Positions 10,781 to 21,519 of a DNA stretch of 64,000 nt are shown one piece after another. Every line of letters begins with the position of its first letter. Positions within the stretch are counted from its first letter, which is position 1. The translations under genes were made by a program, and so were the position numbers. Source of the DNA: a phage; sequence record PZ476263.1; one strand, written 5' to 3'. A model generated the notes under the pieces. That model did not search any database. It worked only from the letters and a program-made list of their open reading frames with translations, and was not told the DNA's origin.

Positions 10781-13213
10781 ATGGCTGTAGAAGTAATTGC
10801 TACAACAAAGAACCGTGTCATATTTGAAACTGACAAAGGGTCTTATAAAAAGGCTCGTGATGAGATAAAGAAACTCTCTAACGAGTGGAAGAAGGCATCT
10901 ACGGAAGCCACCACCACATCTAGAAACTCTCCATCTGAGGTTTACAAGAAGTCTGCAAGAGAGATGCGACTTGTAAGTAAAAGATTGGCGGAGACTAGAA
11001 AACGGGAAGAGAAGCGAGAATCGGATTACAGGATCGCACTTGCCAAAAAGGAAGCGAAAGCAAAAGAGGCGGTAGCCAAAATATCTGCTTCGAGAATAAA
11101 ACAGCAGGTAAAAAGCTTAACTGCTGCAAGCCCTGGTTCAGCAGAGATGAGAAGATTCTACCAGCAGCAAGAAAAGGCTGCAAGAGCTGCATCGCGTTCT
11201 GCAAATAGGGCTGCTACGCCATTGCCACCTTTTAATGTTCAACGTGTGGAAGCTGCAAACCAGTTACTTTCCCGTGGACAACAACAGGCAGGTTCTGGTA
11301 TTGTTGGAGATCCAAATAGTCGTTTCCGCCCTGAACTGATTGCTGCACAGAACCGAGCTATGCAACAAAGTTCTCGTAATCAGGAAAAGTTACGTAAACA
11401 GCAAACAAGGGAAGAAGAAAGGCAGAAGATCAATGCTGCAAGGGCTGCTGCAAGGGTAGATGATGTTTCTGCACAACAGCGTATTCGATTAAGTTCTAAA
11501 TATGGAAGAGGCTACGCAGGTGCTTTGGGTAAAGATTCCGAAGGAAGGGGGATTGAGGATCTTAACAGACAATTCCGCGCTGGGACATTAACATCGGGTC
11601 AATACAGACAGAGCATCCAAGCATTAGAAAGACAGTTTAGAAGTGCCCAAGCAAGTGCAGGATCGTTTTCCTCTACTTTGGGGGATATTCGTTCTGGTCT
11701 TGTAAGTGCAACAGCAGCATATAGCGTATTCGCCGCAGGTGCTTCTGTTACTAGACAAGGACAATTCTTTGAAGGTATAAACGCCACCAGTTTACTTATT
11801 TCTGACTCTGCGGAAGAAGCAGGTCAAAGGGTTAAATTTGTAAGAGAAGAAGCTTATCGTTTAGGTCTTAACTTAAAAGAGGCATCTCAAGGCTTCACTC
11901 AGTTAGCGATTTCTGCCGAAGGTCAGATTTCAAAATCTGAAACCAATGAATTGTTCAGTGCATTCTCCGAATACTCAACGGCCTTGCAGGTTGATCCTGT
12001 TAGATATCAACGTGGTATTACAGCTATCCAACAGATCCTTGGTAAAGGCCAGGTAATGGCTGAAGAACTTAAAGGTCAGTTGTCGGAAGCGATACCTGGT
12101 TCTCTTCAGGTATTCTTAAAAGCAACTCAAGAGGCTTTTAATGATTCCTCTATAGATGTTGCTAAATTCCTGAAGTTAATGGAAGATGGTGAATTAAAAG
12201 CTTCTAAAATTATACCTCTTGTTGGTAAATATTATGCTGAGGCTGCTAGAAGGGGCGGTGCTCTTGATAAAGCTCTTGAAAGCAACCGAGTAGCTTATCA
12301 ACGTCTAAACCAGACTTTTGCAGAGTTCCAGAACAGAATATTCCAGGGTGGATTTGGAGAACAATTAACCCGAGTTTTCAACAATTTAGCCACTATTTTG
12401 TCAAGTAACGGTAATGTTGCAACAACTATCGGAAGATTCTTTGGTAATGTAATCGAAGGTTTTACCGACATGGTTCTCGAAGTCCATGACAACCTGGTTC
12501 TTCTTGATCGTGTCGTTACTTACTACTTCAAGAAGATTGGTGTAGAAGGTGATACCTTGAGACAGGTTTTCGACTGGGGTTCTTATCTACTCGGTATCGG
12601 CCTGTTTATCGGGGGTCTGACTAAGGTGTTTAACATCTTAGCGAAGATCGCAGGATTGAAAGGGGCCTTAAAAGAAATCCGTGGAACTCTCGGTGGTGAC
12701 CTTGCTACTGGTGGGAAAACCGGAACAGGTGCTAACACAACGGCTTCCGGCGGCGCAGGTACTGGTGGTACTACAGGAAAAACCAGTGTCGCAGGTAGAT
12801 TCAGCCAGTTGGGCAAACTCGGTAAGTTATTTGGCCTTGGTACGCTTTATTCCGCAGGATCAGAGATTAATGACCGCTTTATTCAGAGTGGTGAAAATCG
12901 TCTTGCAAATGCTGGGGTTGATACAGAAGCTTTCAAAAACACCTATGGCGTGACTCCGCAACCTGTAGGGCTTACGGATGTATTCAGAGAACTATTTGGC
13001 GGTTCTAAGAATATCACTGTAGATACTAATGCGATAAGCACCCCATCGGGAATAAGACCTTCTGGATTCCCTCTGACCGCTCCGCAAGAGCCACCTGAAG
13101 GTAAGATCACTGTTGAGATTAAGGCTGGCGAAATTCGTCAGTACATCAAAGCAGTTGTTGATGAAGAAAATAGATTCAATATCAACTTACTTACTCAGGG
13201 CGGTAACCAATAA
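10781..13213 (+). CDS. tail tape measure protein
   Basis: 810 aa, long helical Ala/Gln/Arg-rich N-terminal half, Gly/Thr-rich linker, position after tube and chaperone. Confidence 0.7.
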   Translation: MAVEVIATTKNRVIFETDKGSYKKARDEIKKLSNEWKKASTEATTTSRNSPSEVYKKSAREMRLVSKRLAETRKREEKRESDYRIALAKKEAKAKEAVAKISASRIKQQVKSLTAASPGSAEMRRFYQQQEKAARAASRSANRAATPLPPFNVQRVEAANQLLSRGQQQAGSGIVGDPNSRFRPELIAAQNRAMQQSSRNQEKLRKQQTREEERQKINAARAAARVDDVSAQQRIRLSSKYGRGYAGALGKDSEGRGIEDLNRQFRAGTLTSGQYRQSIQALERQFRSAQASAGSFSSTLGDIRSGLVSATAAYSVFAAGASVTRQGQFFEGINATSLLISDSAEEAGQRVKFVREEAYRLGLNLKEASQGFTQLAISAEGQISKSETNELFSAFSEYSTALQVDPVRYQRGITAIQQILGKGQVMAEELKGQLSEAIPGSLQVFLKATQEAFNDSSIDVAKFLKLMEDGELKASKIIPLVGKYYAEAARRGGALDKALESNRVAYQRLNQTFAEFQNRIFQGGFGEQLTRVFNNLATILSSNGNVATTIGRFFGNVIEGFTDMVLEVHDNLVLLDRVVTYYFKKIGVEGDTLRQVFDWGSYLLGIGLFIGGLTKVFNILAKIAGLKGALKEIRGTLGGDLATGGKTGTGANTTASGGAGTGGTTGKTSVAGRFSQLGKLGKLFGLGTLYSAGSEINDRFIQSGENRLANAGVDTEAFKNTYGVTPQPVGLTDVFRELFGGSKNITVDTNAISTPSGIRPSGFPLTAPQEPPEGKITVEIKAGEIRQYIKAVVDEENRFNINLLTQGGNQ

Positions 13214-13217
13214 TTCA

Positions 13218-13241
13218 AGAGGGCTTCGGCCCTCTTTTTTA
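13218..13241 (+). terminator. rho-independent terminator
   Basis: AGAGGGC-TTCG-GCCCTCT followed by TTTTTT. Confidence 0.6.
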
Positions 13242-13281
13242 TTGCTCGTATTCGTGTTAAAATACTGAAAGGAGGAAACTT

Positions 13282-14157
13282 ATGGCTACTGATTTAAAAC
13301 CTGGTACGTATCAAATGGGGACATTCTCCCCTCAGCAAATTGAAGCGATAGATAAAGCTTATCGCGAAACTCAGGCCGAAGAGGCAAGACAGAAGCAAAC
13401 TGTTGATAATGCCAAACTAAGGGGTGATGTACAGTATACTCTTTTCGCTTCGGGATTGAATACCGGAAGAGCTTCTTTGCTCGAAGGTAAAAATCAGACA
13501 AACGACATTGCAGTTTTGTTTGACGTTGTGACGAGACACACCTATACAAAGGATTATAACAAAACCAGTTATGCAGTTGAGTCAAAGGCGAAAGCTTCTG
13601 ATCATGTTGTAACTCAAGACGGTAAGTTTAGCTTCTCTGCAATCATAACTGATTCTCCTCTTGTCATCAATGAGAGAAACTATATTGATGCGGATACGGA
13701 CAAAGATGCTCCTCTCCAATCCAAGCGTCCAGCAAAGGCTGTTGAAATTCTCCGTCAGATGGCAGACAATCATCAATTGGTAACTCTGGTAACGGAAGAA
13801 GACATTCTCACAAACTATGTGATAACAAACTTTACTGTTGTTCGTGAGACTGGTCAAGGGGGCAGTGTTGCAATAGATATGAGCTTAGAAGAATTCCGCT
13901 TCAAGAATATATCTAAAACAGTCCTCGGAAGAACAACCGCAGATCCTAAGAAAGCGAAGAACGTTAACTCTGGTACGAAGCAGACTGCTGAAAACGGTGC
14001 TGTATCTGATAACGCACAAGGAAAGAGACAAACACCTTACCTCGGTAAGAATGCCGCTGCAAAGGAACGTATAGAGAATGCCTTGACGGGAACTACAGAT
14101 TTCTCTGGAGAAGCAGGCAAGAAATATGAATTCGATCCTTCATCTCTGAAGAGGTAA
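13282..14157 (+). CDS. hypothetical tail/baseplate-associated protein
   Basis: 291 aa after the tape measure gene. Confidence 0.4.
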   Translation: MATDLKPGTYQMGTFSPQQIEAIDKAYRETQAEEARQKQTVDNAKLRGDVQYTLFASGLNTGRASLLEGKNQTNDIAVLFDVVTRHTYTKDYNKTSYAVESKAKASDHVVTQDGKFSFSAIITDSPLVINERNYIDADTDKDAPLQSKRPAKAVEILRQMADNHQLVTLVTEEDILTNYVITNFTVVRETGQGGSVAIDMSLEEFRFKNISKTVLGRTTADPKKAKNVNSGTKQTAENGAVSDNAQGKRQTPYLGKNAAAKERIENALTGTTDFSGEAGKKYEFDPSSLKR

Positions 14158-14159
14158 AA

Positions 14160-14528
14160 ATGATTGACTTAGATAAGAAATACGTTAGAACTTTCGATTT
14201 TGAATTGAGTGGTTACCCTGACGAAACATTCCGTGTGGTATTGGACTCTGTAACATATGAAGTGAGATTTACTTGGAATGAAAGGGATGAATCTTGGTTC
14301 TTCTCTCTTGGAGATATCGGTGTCCCACCGACAATAACAACTAAACTCACATGTTATTCCGATATCATAGGCCCTTATCGTTATTTAGATAATGTGCCTG
14401 ATGGTAACCTTTACCTCTTTCCACTGAGAAACATTGAAACTCGTGTGGGAAGGTATAATGTTGGCCCACTTGCGGGTGTTCAAATGATCTATGCCTCGCA
14501 AGAAGAAGATGTGGAGACTATATTCTAA
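14160..14528 (+). CDS. hypothetical tail/baseplate protein
   Basis: 122 aa, tightly packed (3-nt gap; stop overlaps next start). Confidence 0.4.
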   Translation: MIDLDKKYVRTFDFELSGYPDETFRVVLDSVTYEVRFTWNERDESWFFSLGDIGVPPTITTKLTCYSDIIGPYRYLDNVPDGNLYLFPLRNIETRVGRYNVGPLAGVQMIYASQEEDVETIF

Positions 14529-15484
14529 TGAGAGCATTGGAAAGGACATATACTTTAGTTATCGGAAGACCTGTTTACATTGGTGAAAAGCCCGTCAATA
14601 TCGAGAGATATGCGAGTAACACTAACCAAGGTGAGGCATACAAGATTACAGATCTTCATATGACCTTTGAGTTGAAAAAAGATAACTCGAAGGAACCGAA
14701 TAAGGGATTTGTTAGTGTATTCAACCTTTCCGATGAAGTAGTTAACTACCTGTCTATCAACCAAAGAGAATCCTTGGCGGTTCTCTTATACGCAGGCTAC
14801 AATGGGGATGAGAAATTAATATTCTCGGGAACTATTGAATGGGTTCAAGATACCTTCAAAGACGAGACACGAGAAACAAAATTCATATTTGGAGATGGAA
14901 CTTTAAATTTAACTACTGCAACAACTGCCCGTTCTTATCGTAAAGGTACACCGACAAATCAGGTATTAAATGATCTTATTTCAGACCTGAAATTACCAAA
15001 AGGTAGAGTGGTAGATTTCGGTAATCAAACTATTCAAAACTCTATGGCTTTTACAGGATCTGCGTCTCAAAATCTTGATAACCTGGCAAAGAATACCGGA
15101 TCTACTTTCTCTGTTCAAGATGGGGCTGTGTACTGGACGAAAGAAGGCTCTCGATTCGCTAATGTAATGTTTGAAATATCTGAAGACGGTGGAATGGTTG
15201 GTGTCCCAACATTAAAACAGCCTGCGGTTTCTAAAAAGAAGAAGAAAAAGGATACTAAAGAGTCCGCGAAGACAAAAGAGAAGAATGTTAAAGAGGATGT
15301 TGGTCTTACGGTAACCACATTACTTAACGGTGCAATTCTTCCTGAGTCAACTGTGTACTTAAATACAAAGTACATAAAAGGATTTTATAAGGTGATTGAG
15401 TTAACCCATCGCGGAGGTTATGAGGGCGGCGACTGGACAACTGAATTAGGATTGGCAGAAACACGAGGGGAGTTGATAAGATAA
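14528..15484 (+). CDS. putative baseplate hub/assembly protein
   Basis: 318 aa, position in baseplate cluster. Has a Lys-rich stretch (KKKKKKD). Confidence 0.35.
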   Translation: MRALERTYTLVIGRPVYIGEKPVNIERYASNTNQGEAYKITDLHMTFELKKDNSKEPNKGFVSVFNLSDEVVNYLSINQRESLAVLLYAGYNGDEKLIFSGTIEWVQDTFKDETRETKFIFGDGTLNLTTATTARSYRKGTPTNQVLNDLISDLKLPKGRVVDFGNQTIQNSMAFTGSASQNLDNLAKNTGSTFSVQDGAVYWTKEGSRFANVMFEISEDGGMVGVPTLKQPAVSKKKKKKDTKESAKTKEKNVKEDVGLTVTTLLNGAILPESTVYLNTKYIKGFYKVIELTHRGGYEGGDWTTELGLAETRGELIR

Positions 15485-15487
15485 ATT

Positions 15488-16228
15488 ATGGCTTATGTAG
15501 ATCGCTACGATGCTGCACTTTCTGTATTCTTTTCCAGACATATGAGAAACGTGCATACAAATATCCGAGGGAGAGTTGTAGGCGTTAACTATGCAGTACC
15601 TTCCGTAGATGTTCAACCTATGGCACAAACTCAATTTGAGAATGGTACTGTGGATAAATTCCCTGTTCTTTATGATGTGCCTATAAACTTTCCTTCAGGT
15701 GCGGGTGGAAAGGCAAGATTGACTATGCCGATCAAAGTGGGGGATATGGTCGGCGTATCTTTTTCAGAAAGAAATGAATCAGATTTTAATGATGTTACCA
15801 CCCATCAATTATTCCCAGGGTGGGCAGTCACCCAAATATTTACAGACGGAAACTCTAAGGCTTCTCACCCAGACAACGTTGTGCTTGAAAATGATAAAGG
15901 ATCATTAACTTTCACGCCCGAGGGTAAAACAACATTGAAAAACGATGTTGCTACTTTTGACGTTTCTGAAACAGGTAAGCTTAACTATACAAATGGTCCC
16001 GCCAATCTTGAAATAGACGAATCGGGAAAAATGACATTCAGCAATGGGTCTGCGAACATAATAGCAAACCCTGGTGGATTGGTAACTGTAAACGGTTGTC
16101 AAATAACCCCTTCGGGGAACGTGATAACTGCATCCGGTATTGACTTAGAGCAATTCTACAGCGAATACAGAATCCATAAACACGGTGGTGTCGAAAGAGG
16201 TGGTGATATTAGTGGAGAACCAGTATAA
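15488..16228 (+). CDS. putative baseplate spike/plug protein
   Basis: 246 aa, position-based call. Confidence 0.3.
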   Translation: MAYVDRYDAALSVFFSRHMRNVHTNIRGRVVGVNYAVPSVDVQPMAQTQFENGTVDKFPVLYDVPINFPSGAGGKARLTMPIKVGDMVGVSFSERNESDFNDVTTHQLFPGWAVTQIFTDGNSKASHPDNVVLENDKGSLTFTPEGKTTLKNDVATFDVSETGKLNYTNGPANLEIDESGKMTFSNGSANIIANPGGLVTVNGCQITPSGNVITASGIDLEQFYSEYRIHKHGGVERGGDISGEPV

Positions 16229-16752
16229 TGGCAACAGTATTTAAAGATTTTCTTTTAAATCCGACAACTGGGGATCTTGATTTTAGTTCTCGAACCCTTG
16301 AGGTTGTCACATCTAACCAGATGAGCTTAAGACAAAGGCTTTATATCCGTTTTGGTATCTGGCAAGGAACTTGGTATTTCGATGAAGGTATTGGATTTCC
16401 TTACGGAATGTTTATCGCTAAGAAAACCTCTAAAACAGTTCTGGACAACAGGATAAAACAAGAAGTAAGACAAGAGCCAGATGTTATCGCAATAGAAGGC
16501 TTTACTTCTTCAATTGACGTGACTAGCAGAAGTTACAAATGCTTTTTTACGGTTGTTACTTCAGAAGGGGAAGAAATAAACTTTGCATTCTTAGGGGAGG
16601 ATGCTTTCGAATACCCTACCCCGCCAGAAGGTAACGTTGAATTGTGTGGTGATGTTGGTTCATTAATCGAATTTAAGAACAAGCTTTACTATCTTATCAA
16701 CTTCAGATTACCTAAATATGGTGATTCCACTTGGGTAAATAACTGGAAATAA
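16228..16752 (+). CDS. putative baseplate wedge protein (gpW/gp25/XkdS-like position)
   Basis: 174 aa immediately upstream of a J-like-sized gene; start overlaps upstream stop. Confidence 0.35.
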   Translation: MATVFKDFLLNPTTGDLDFSSRTLEVVTSNQMSLRQRLYIRFGIWQGTWYFDEGIGFPYGMFIAKKTSKTVLDNRIKQEVRQEPDVIAIEGFTSSIDVTSRSYKCFFTVVTSEGEEINFAFLGEDAFEYPTPPEGNVELCGDVGSLIEFKNKLYYLINFRLPKYGDSTWVNNWK

Positions 16753-16755
16753 CAC

Positions 16756-16780
16756 AAGGGAGCCTAGCGCTCCCTTTTCT
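16756..16780 (+). terminator. rho-independent terminator
   Basis: GGGAGC-CTAGC-GCTCCC followed by TTTTCTTTT. Confidence 0.5.
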
Positions 16781-16842
16781 TTTAATTCTCGGAATATTAT
16801 GATAAAATACGCTTATCGTCTAATTTTGGAGCAGGAGGAACA

Positions 16843-18327
16843 ATGGCGTCCAATTACGGTCTAACGGGTAGTGGATTTAACCTCCCGCCGATGGAAGACT
16901 TAGTTCAGGAAACGAAGAAAACCTTTAAGAATGAATTTGGTGAGGACTTCAATACTGAAAGCAACTCCGTCGCAGACAAACTAATTTCTATTTTCAACGA
17001 ACGTGAATACCAACTTTGGCTTTTGATGGGTTCTGTATATTACGCTCAGACAATGCAAGGTGCGGAAGGTATTTACCTTGATGATCTTCTATCTAAACGC
17101 GGTATCTATCGTAACGGCAAGACTCGAAGCACAGGTCAGGTACAAATGACCATTGGGTCAACTGTTCCTTACAATATGATCTATTCCGCGACGGCTTATA
17201 CCATTGACAATGATTATCGTCTTTCTAACGATGTACAGGTAGCAGGGAACATCTTTGCTCAAGTCATTAAAGGAACTGATCTTTCTGTTGGTAGTTATCG
17301 TCTACAGATCCAGAATATTAATGATCAATCCATAAAGGTCATGACTTATCAACTAACAGCCACTTCCGGTGCGCCTGTTATCGCATTCTTCTCAGCAATC
17401 AAAGAATTTATCGTCGAAAACACGATCCTTTCCAATACGGATAAGATCATCATCGACTCTGTGGAAAATGCAATCTACATTGGTTATGATACTAACAAGA
17501 ATCTTACAGGGTTGTCAAGTCGTATCGACTTCAGAACTCAACCCATTGCAGGTAACCGAACGATAACTTTAGATGTTCGTGCAACAGAGCCTGGTCCAAT
17601 ATCTCGTGATGCTTACAGTGTACGAGGTATAAGTCCTGTCCCTGCCGACTTCCTCGATCTTACAAACCTTGTGGCGTTCACGCCTGGTTCAGATGTAGAA
17701 TCTGATAACGAATATCGACTTCGTGCAATCGATGCAGTTAATACCGGAAAGGCAACAAGAACCGCGATCTTGGCTGCATTGCTGAACAAGGTTGAAGGTA
17801 TTGAAAAGGTAAGGATCTTCGCAAACAACACTGACAAGACTAATGCACTTGGTGTCCCTCCTTACTCGTTTATGCCAGTTGTTTATGGTGGTAACACCGC
17901 AGAGATTAGTCAAGTCCTTTACGACACAATCGCAGGTTCCAATAACACTTCGGGAACTACCTTCTACAACATCACGACTGAAGATGACCAGGTGGAAACT
18001 ATTTGGCATACAAAAGCTCAGGCAAGAAGATTGAGCTTACGTATCAGCTATCGTGGAAGACCTCTTTCTGTTGTTGAAGAAACAACGATATCAAATAGCT
18101 TGATTACTGCGATAAATGGAACTATGATAGCCGGAACACTGTATAACGTACAGCTCGTGGGTACTGTTATCAGTTCTACCGCATCCTCCCGCTTTACTCA
18201 AGTTTTTGTAGAGATAAAGAACGTAGAAGAACCTGAATCTTCCTACGTGGGAACGGATGTGTCTGCGGCAGTGACAGAAGTTTTTGCATTGTCGGCAGAA
18301 AATATTGAATTCCGTCAAATAGTTTAA
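16843..18327 (+). CDS. putative baseplate J-like protein
   Basis: 494 aa, typical size and position for baseplate J in contractile-tail modules. Confidence 0.45.
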   Translation: MASNYGLTGSGFNLPPMEDLVQETKKTFKNEFGEDFNTESNSVADKLISIFNEREYQLWLLMGSVYYAQTMQGAEGIYLDDLLSKRGIYRNGKTRSTGQVQMTIGSTVPYNMIYSATAYTIDNDYRLSNDVQVAGNIFAQVIKGTDLSVGSYRLQIQNINDQSIKVMTYQLTATSGAPVIAFFSAIKEFIVENTILSNTDKIIIDSVENAIYIGYDTNKNLTGLSSRIDFRTQPIAGNRTITLDVRATEPGPISRDAYSVRGISPVPADFLDLTNLVAFTPGSDVESDNEYRLRAIDAVNTGKATRTAILAALLNKVEGIEKVRIFANNTDKTNALGVPPYSFMPVVYGGNTAEISQVLYDTIAGSNNTSGTTFYNITTEDDQVETIWHTKAQARRLSLRISYRGRPLSVVEETTISNSLITAINGTMIAGTLYNVQLVGTVISSTASSRFTQVFVEIKNVEEPESSYVGTDVSAAVTEVFALSAENIEFRQIV

Positions 18328-18337
18328 GGAGTTAATT

Positions 18338-18979
18338 GTGGCAGAGAACGTAGAGAAAAAAGATGTTAACCACATCCATCCTCTGCCCGATTTCGTAAAA
18401 GGCGGTATAGATTACTTACCGCCCGAGATCTTTGAAAACAAAGATAACTTGCAGAAGGTCCTTGAGATCTTTCTGAAACGTCTTGAACTCATTGATCAAA
18501 AAGCTGTTGAACTTGCAGAGATGAGAACAATAATCAATGCGGAAGGTGAGACGCTTGACGAGATCGGAAGACAAAATGGGATATTCCGTAATGGACTCAA
18601 TGACCCTGAATATCGCGCGGTAATCATCATCCTAACGGGTGTTGGTTCTAAGAGCGGCACAAGGTCAGAAATAATATCCACACTGAAGCAGCTTTTCGGT
18701 GACGAAGGTGTTACTACCTATAAGGGTAAGAACTACCGAATGGATATTAACATATTTAACACATGTGTTGAAGTTGAACTTATTCTTGACCAGATCCTCG
18801 ATATGCTTCCTTTGGTTACTCACTTGAGACTTGTGGAGCATCAAGGGTATCCCTTTGGATTTGAGGGTGACCAACAAGCTTTCGGGTGGGCATCTGTCTA
18901 TGACAGTGAAAGAACTGGTGCAGGTGGATTATCAACTTTAGTTTATGTATCTGACGAAGAAGACCCTTGGAGCTTCTAA
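18338..18979 (+). CDS. putative baseplate/tail-fibre connector protein
   Basis: 213 aa, GTG start with SD AGGAG, between J-like and fibre genes. Confidence 0.35.
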   Translation: MAENVEKKDVNHIHPLPDFVKGGIDYLPPEIFENKDNLQKVLEIFLKRLELIDQKAVELAEMRTIINAEGETLDEIGRQNGIFRNGLNDPEYRAVIIILTGVGSKSGTRSEIISTLKQLFGDEGVTTYKGKNYRMDINIFNTCVEVELILDQILDMLPLVTHLRLVEHQGYPFGFEGDQQAFGWASVYDSERTGAGGLSTLVYVSDEEDPWSF

Positions 18980-18991
18980 TAGGAGAATTTA

Positions 18992-20626
18992 ATGGCTATA
19001 CCAACTACGCCGATTGTTGTTTTTGCGGCACAAGATGTTAACCTTCCTGGTACTGGAAGACCAAACAAATCAAAACCTATTGATGATCTGTTGGCGAAAG
19101 GTTATGACAAGGGCCAGAAACCTGCGGCGGAAGAATTTAACTATATCCTCCACCAATCTGGAGCTTGGCTTTCTTATATCATCAATGAGAAGTTCCCCGA
19201 GGTAGAAGAGGAATATCGCAGACTAATCAACGAGCTTGAAAATCGTATTAACGAACAGATCACTATTATTCGTCAAGACGTTGCTGCGGTAAGGCAAAAC
19301 GTAATTGAATTACGTCAATACTTGGATCAACAGGTGGCGAATCTTCGTCGTGAGATTACTGCGGTTGACCAACGGGTTACTCGTTTATCTCAAGACTTGG
19401 ATGCGGCTGTTGCTAACCTTACTTCACGTATAGATGCATTGGAGCCTCGTTTAGTTCCAATTGGTGCAATCCTTACATGGGCAGGACAAACCCCGCCTGC
19501 GGGTTATTTAGAGTGTAATGGTCAGGTATACAATACGAACCAAAACCCGAAACTCTATCAAGTTTTAGGAAGAAACGTAGTTCCTGATTATCGTGGTTTG
19601 TTCCTTCGTGGATGGGCGCATGGGTCTAACGCATACGATCCTGATTCTGGTCGTGCATTGGGATCTATTCAGGGCGATGCAATCCGAAACATTACGGGCG
19701 CAATGGGATATGAAAGTATCCGTACTGACCACGGTTATCGTGAAACTGGTGCACTTTATACTCAGTACAATTCCAACAGTGGTCCAGACCATGACCGTAA
19801 AAACCCTGCGGGTGATGTACGGTTTGATGCGAGCCGTGTAGTTCCTACCGCTCCTGAGAACAGACCAAAAAACGCCGCAGTTATGTATATCATAAAAACT
19901 GATCAGGCTCAGGGTACGGGAAGTCTTTCTCCTACGTCCTTGATTACTACACCTGATACGATAACTAACCGTGTTGGATTTACTCAAGGGATTAGTGCTC
20001 AAGTTCTTCCTGCAAACTTAGCTAGTCAGTATCCGGTAACTTGGACATCACAAAACGGTAATGTTGCAACCGTGGATAGTGCAGGTAACGTAAGATTGAC
20101 CGGACCTGGTGAGACGAATATTATTGCCTCTATATCTACGGGATTGTCGGCGCAGGTTAGAATTGTATCCTATACCGCACTAACAAGTATTAGTATTGGC
20201 ACTATTCCAACCATAGAAGTTAACGGGTCTGAAGTTGTACCTATTAACAGAGTACCTGCAAACTCCAATGAACCTCTGGTTTATTCAACCAGTAATGCAA
20301 ACGTGGCAGTAGTTACCCAAGGTGGTTATGTTTCAGGTGTTGCTCCAGGGACAGCTGTTATTACTGTGCGTGGCTCTATTTCTGGCGCTCAAGCTACAAG
20401 ACAGGTAACTGTAATTCCTGCGACTGTTGTTCAAACTATCGAAGATGTTCGTTTAGGTATTGAACAGCAAACCACTATGAACGGTGACAACTACACGAGT
20501 CCAGTTCGTGCTCCGGCAGGTTGTGTTATCACAGGTGTTGTTTCTGCGGGTCTTGGTCTTAACCAAGGTTATTATAAACCAATCCAGAAGCTTATGTCCG
20601 GCGTTTGGGTGACAGTTCAAGGATAA
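18992..20626 (+). CDS. tail fibre protein with collar domain
   Basis: Coiled-coil heptads, then the phage tail-collar signature 'PIGAILTWAGQTPPAGYLECNGQVYN...NPKLYQVLG', then Ig-like beta-rich C-terminal region. Confidence 0.65.
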   Translation: MAIPTTPIVVFAAQDVNLPGTGRPNKSKPIDDLLAKGYDKGQKPAAEEFNYILHQSGAWLSYIINEKFPEVEEEYRRLINELENRINEQITIIRQDVAAVRQNVIELRQYLDQQVANLRREITAVDQRVTRLSQDLDAAVANLTSRIDALEPRLVPIGAILTWAGQTPPAGYLECNGQVYNTNQNPKLYQVLGRNVVPDYRGLFLRGWAHGSNAYDPDSGRALGSIQGDAIRNITGAMGYESIRTDHGYRETGALYTQYNSNSGPDHDRKNPAGDVRFDASRVVPTAPENRPKNAAVMYIIKTDQAQGTGSLSPTSLITTPDTITNRVGFTQGISAQVLPANLASQYPVTWTSQNGNVATVDSAGNVRLTGPGETNIIASISTGLSAQVRIVSYTALTSISIGTIPTIEVNGSEVVPINRVPANSNEPLVYSTSNANVAVVTQGGYVSGVAPGTAVITVRGSISGAQATRQVTVIPATVVQTIEDVRLGIEQQTTMNGDNYTSPVRAPAGCVITGVVSAGLGLNQGYYKPIQKLMSGVWVTVQG

Positions 20627-20631
20627 TAATC

Positions 20632-21144
20632 ATGAGAATGAATAATTTTAAAGTATACTCGCCAGAGGTTAAAGCTTTTGGTGAAGGAGTTCAATATTTT
20701 CAAGATGAAAAGGGAAGGGACTTCTATGAATCTCGTGGACTATTCAAAAAGAAATATGTAGTTTTCTTTGATGAGCACAATATAGTTCGTGGATGGGCAA
20801 AAAGTGAAGAAGTTACCCGTCTTCACCCAGGTGGTTTATCCGTTGTCGACCTGAATACCTTGCCGAAAGAATTTTCTTTACAGGATGGTGTGTGGTCATT
20901 CAATGGGAAACAGGTCGTTAAAGCCGACTATGATCCGGTATTTACCACGGAAGTAAGAAAGGCAGGTATTTTGCAAGTAATTGGGTCTGTTATCGCCCCA
21001 CTTCAAGATGCTGTTGAATTAGGAGAGGCTACGGAAGAAGAGACTGAAAAATACAATCATCTCCGCAGGATGAGAGTTAAAGTCATGCGTATTCCAGATA
21101 GCACTTGCCCCGCCGATATAGACTGGTCAGAGTTTACTGTCTAA
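20632..21144 (+). CDS. tail fibre assembly protein
   Basis: Directly follows the fibre gene. Resembles Tfa-type fibre assembly proteins by position and C-terminal region. Start moved to the ATG after the upstream stop. Confidence 0.5.
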   Translation: MRMNNFKVYSPEVKAFGEGVQYFQDEKGRDFYESRGLFKKKYVVFFDEHNIVRGWAKSEEVTRLHPGGLSVVDLNTLPKEFSLQDGVWSFNGKQVVKADYDPVFTTEVRKAGILQVIGSVIAPLQDAVELGEATEEETEKYNHLRRMRVKVMRIPDSTCPADIDWSEFTV

Positions 21145-21156
21145 TCTTACATTTAT

Positions 21157-21174
21157 GTCGGGCTTCGGCCCGAC
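21157..21174 (+). terminator. GC hairpin with UUCG loop, no U-tract
   Basis: GTCGGGC-TTCG-GCCCGAC with no T-run after it. Confidence 0.3.
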
Positions 21175-21186
21175 TGTGGAGAATCT

Positions 21187-21519
21187 ATGATTGTTGATTT
21201 AATGGCAGTATTAAAAGCACTATGGGGCCTATTAACATTCATTCTTTTAGGTGCACTTAAGATATTTTATTCCGACTTCAAAAAATTGGAGTCCCGTCAA
21301 AGTGAACTTGAAAAGGATGTTCTGCGACTTAAAGAATCTGCGGTCACTAAGGATAGTATTGATGCGATCCTTGACCGAAAAATAAAACATATTACTGATA
21401 CCATTCAAGATATCCGCGAAGATATCACCGACATGAGAAGGGAGGCTAAGGAAGAGAACCATGCTCTTCAGCGTGATATTCGCGAATTGTTGAATAAGAT
21501 CATAGAGGGTCGTAAATGA
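21187..21519 (+). CDS. membrane-anchored coiled-coil protein (holin- or spanin-like)
   Basis: N-terminal hydrophobic helix then a charged coiled coil. Confidence 0.35.
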   Translation: MIVDLMAVLKALWGLLTFILLGALKIFYSDFKKLESRQSELEKDVLRLKESAVTKDSIDAILDRKIKHITDTIQDIREDITDMRREAKEENHALQRDIRELLNKIIEGRK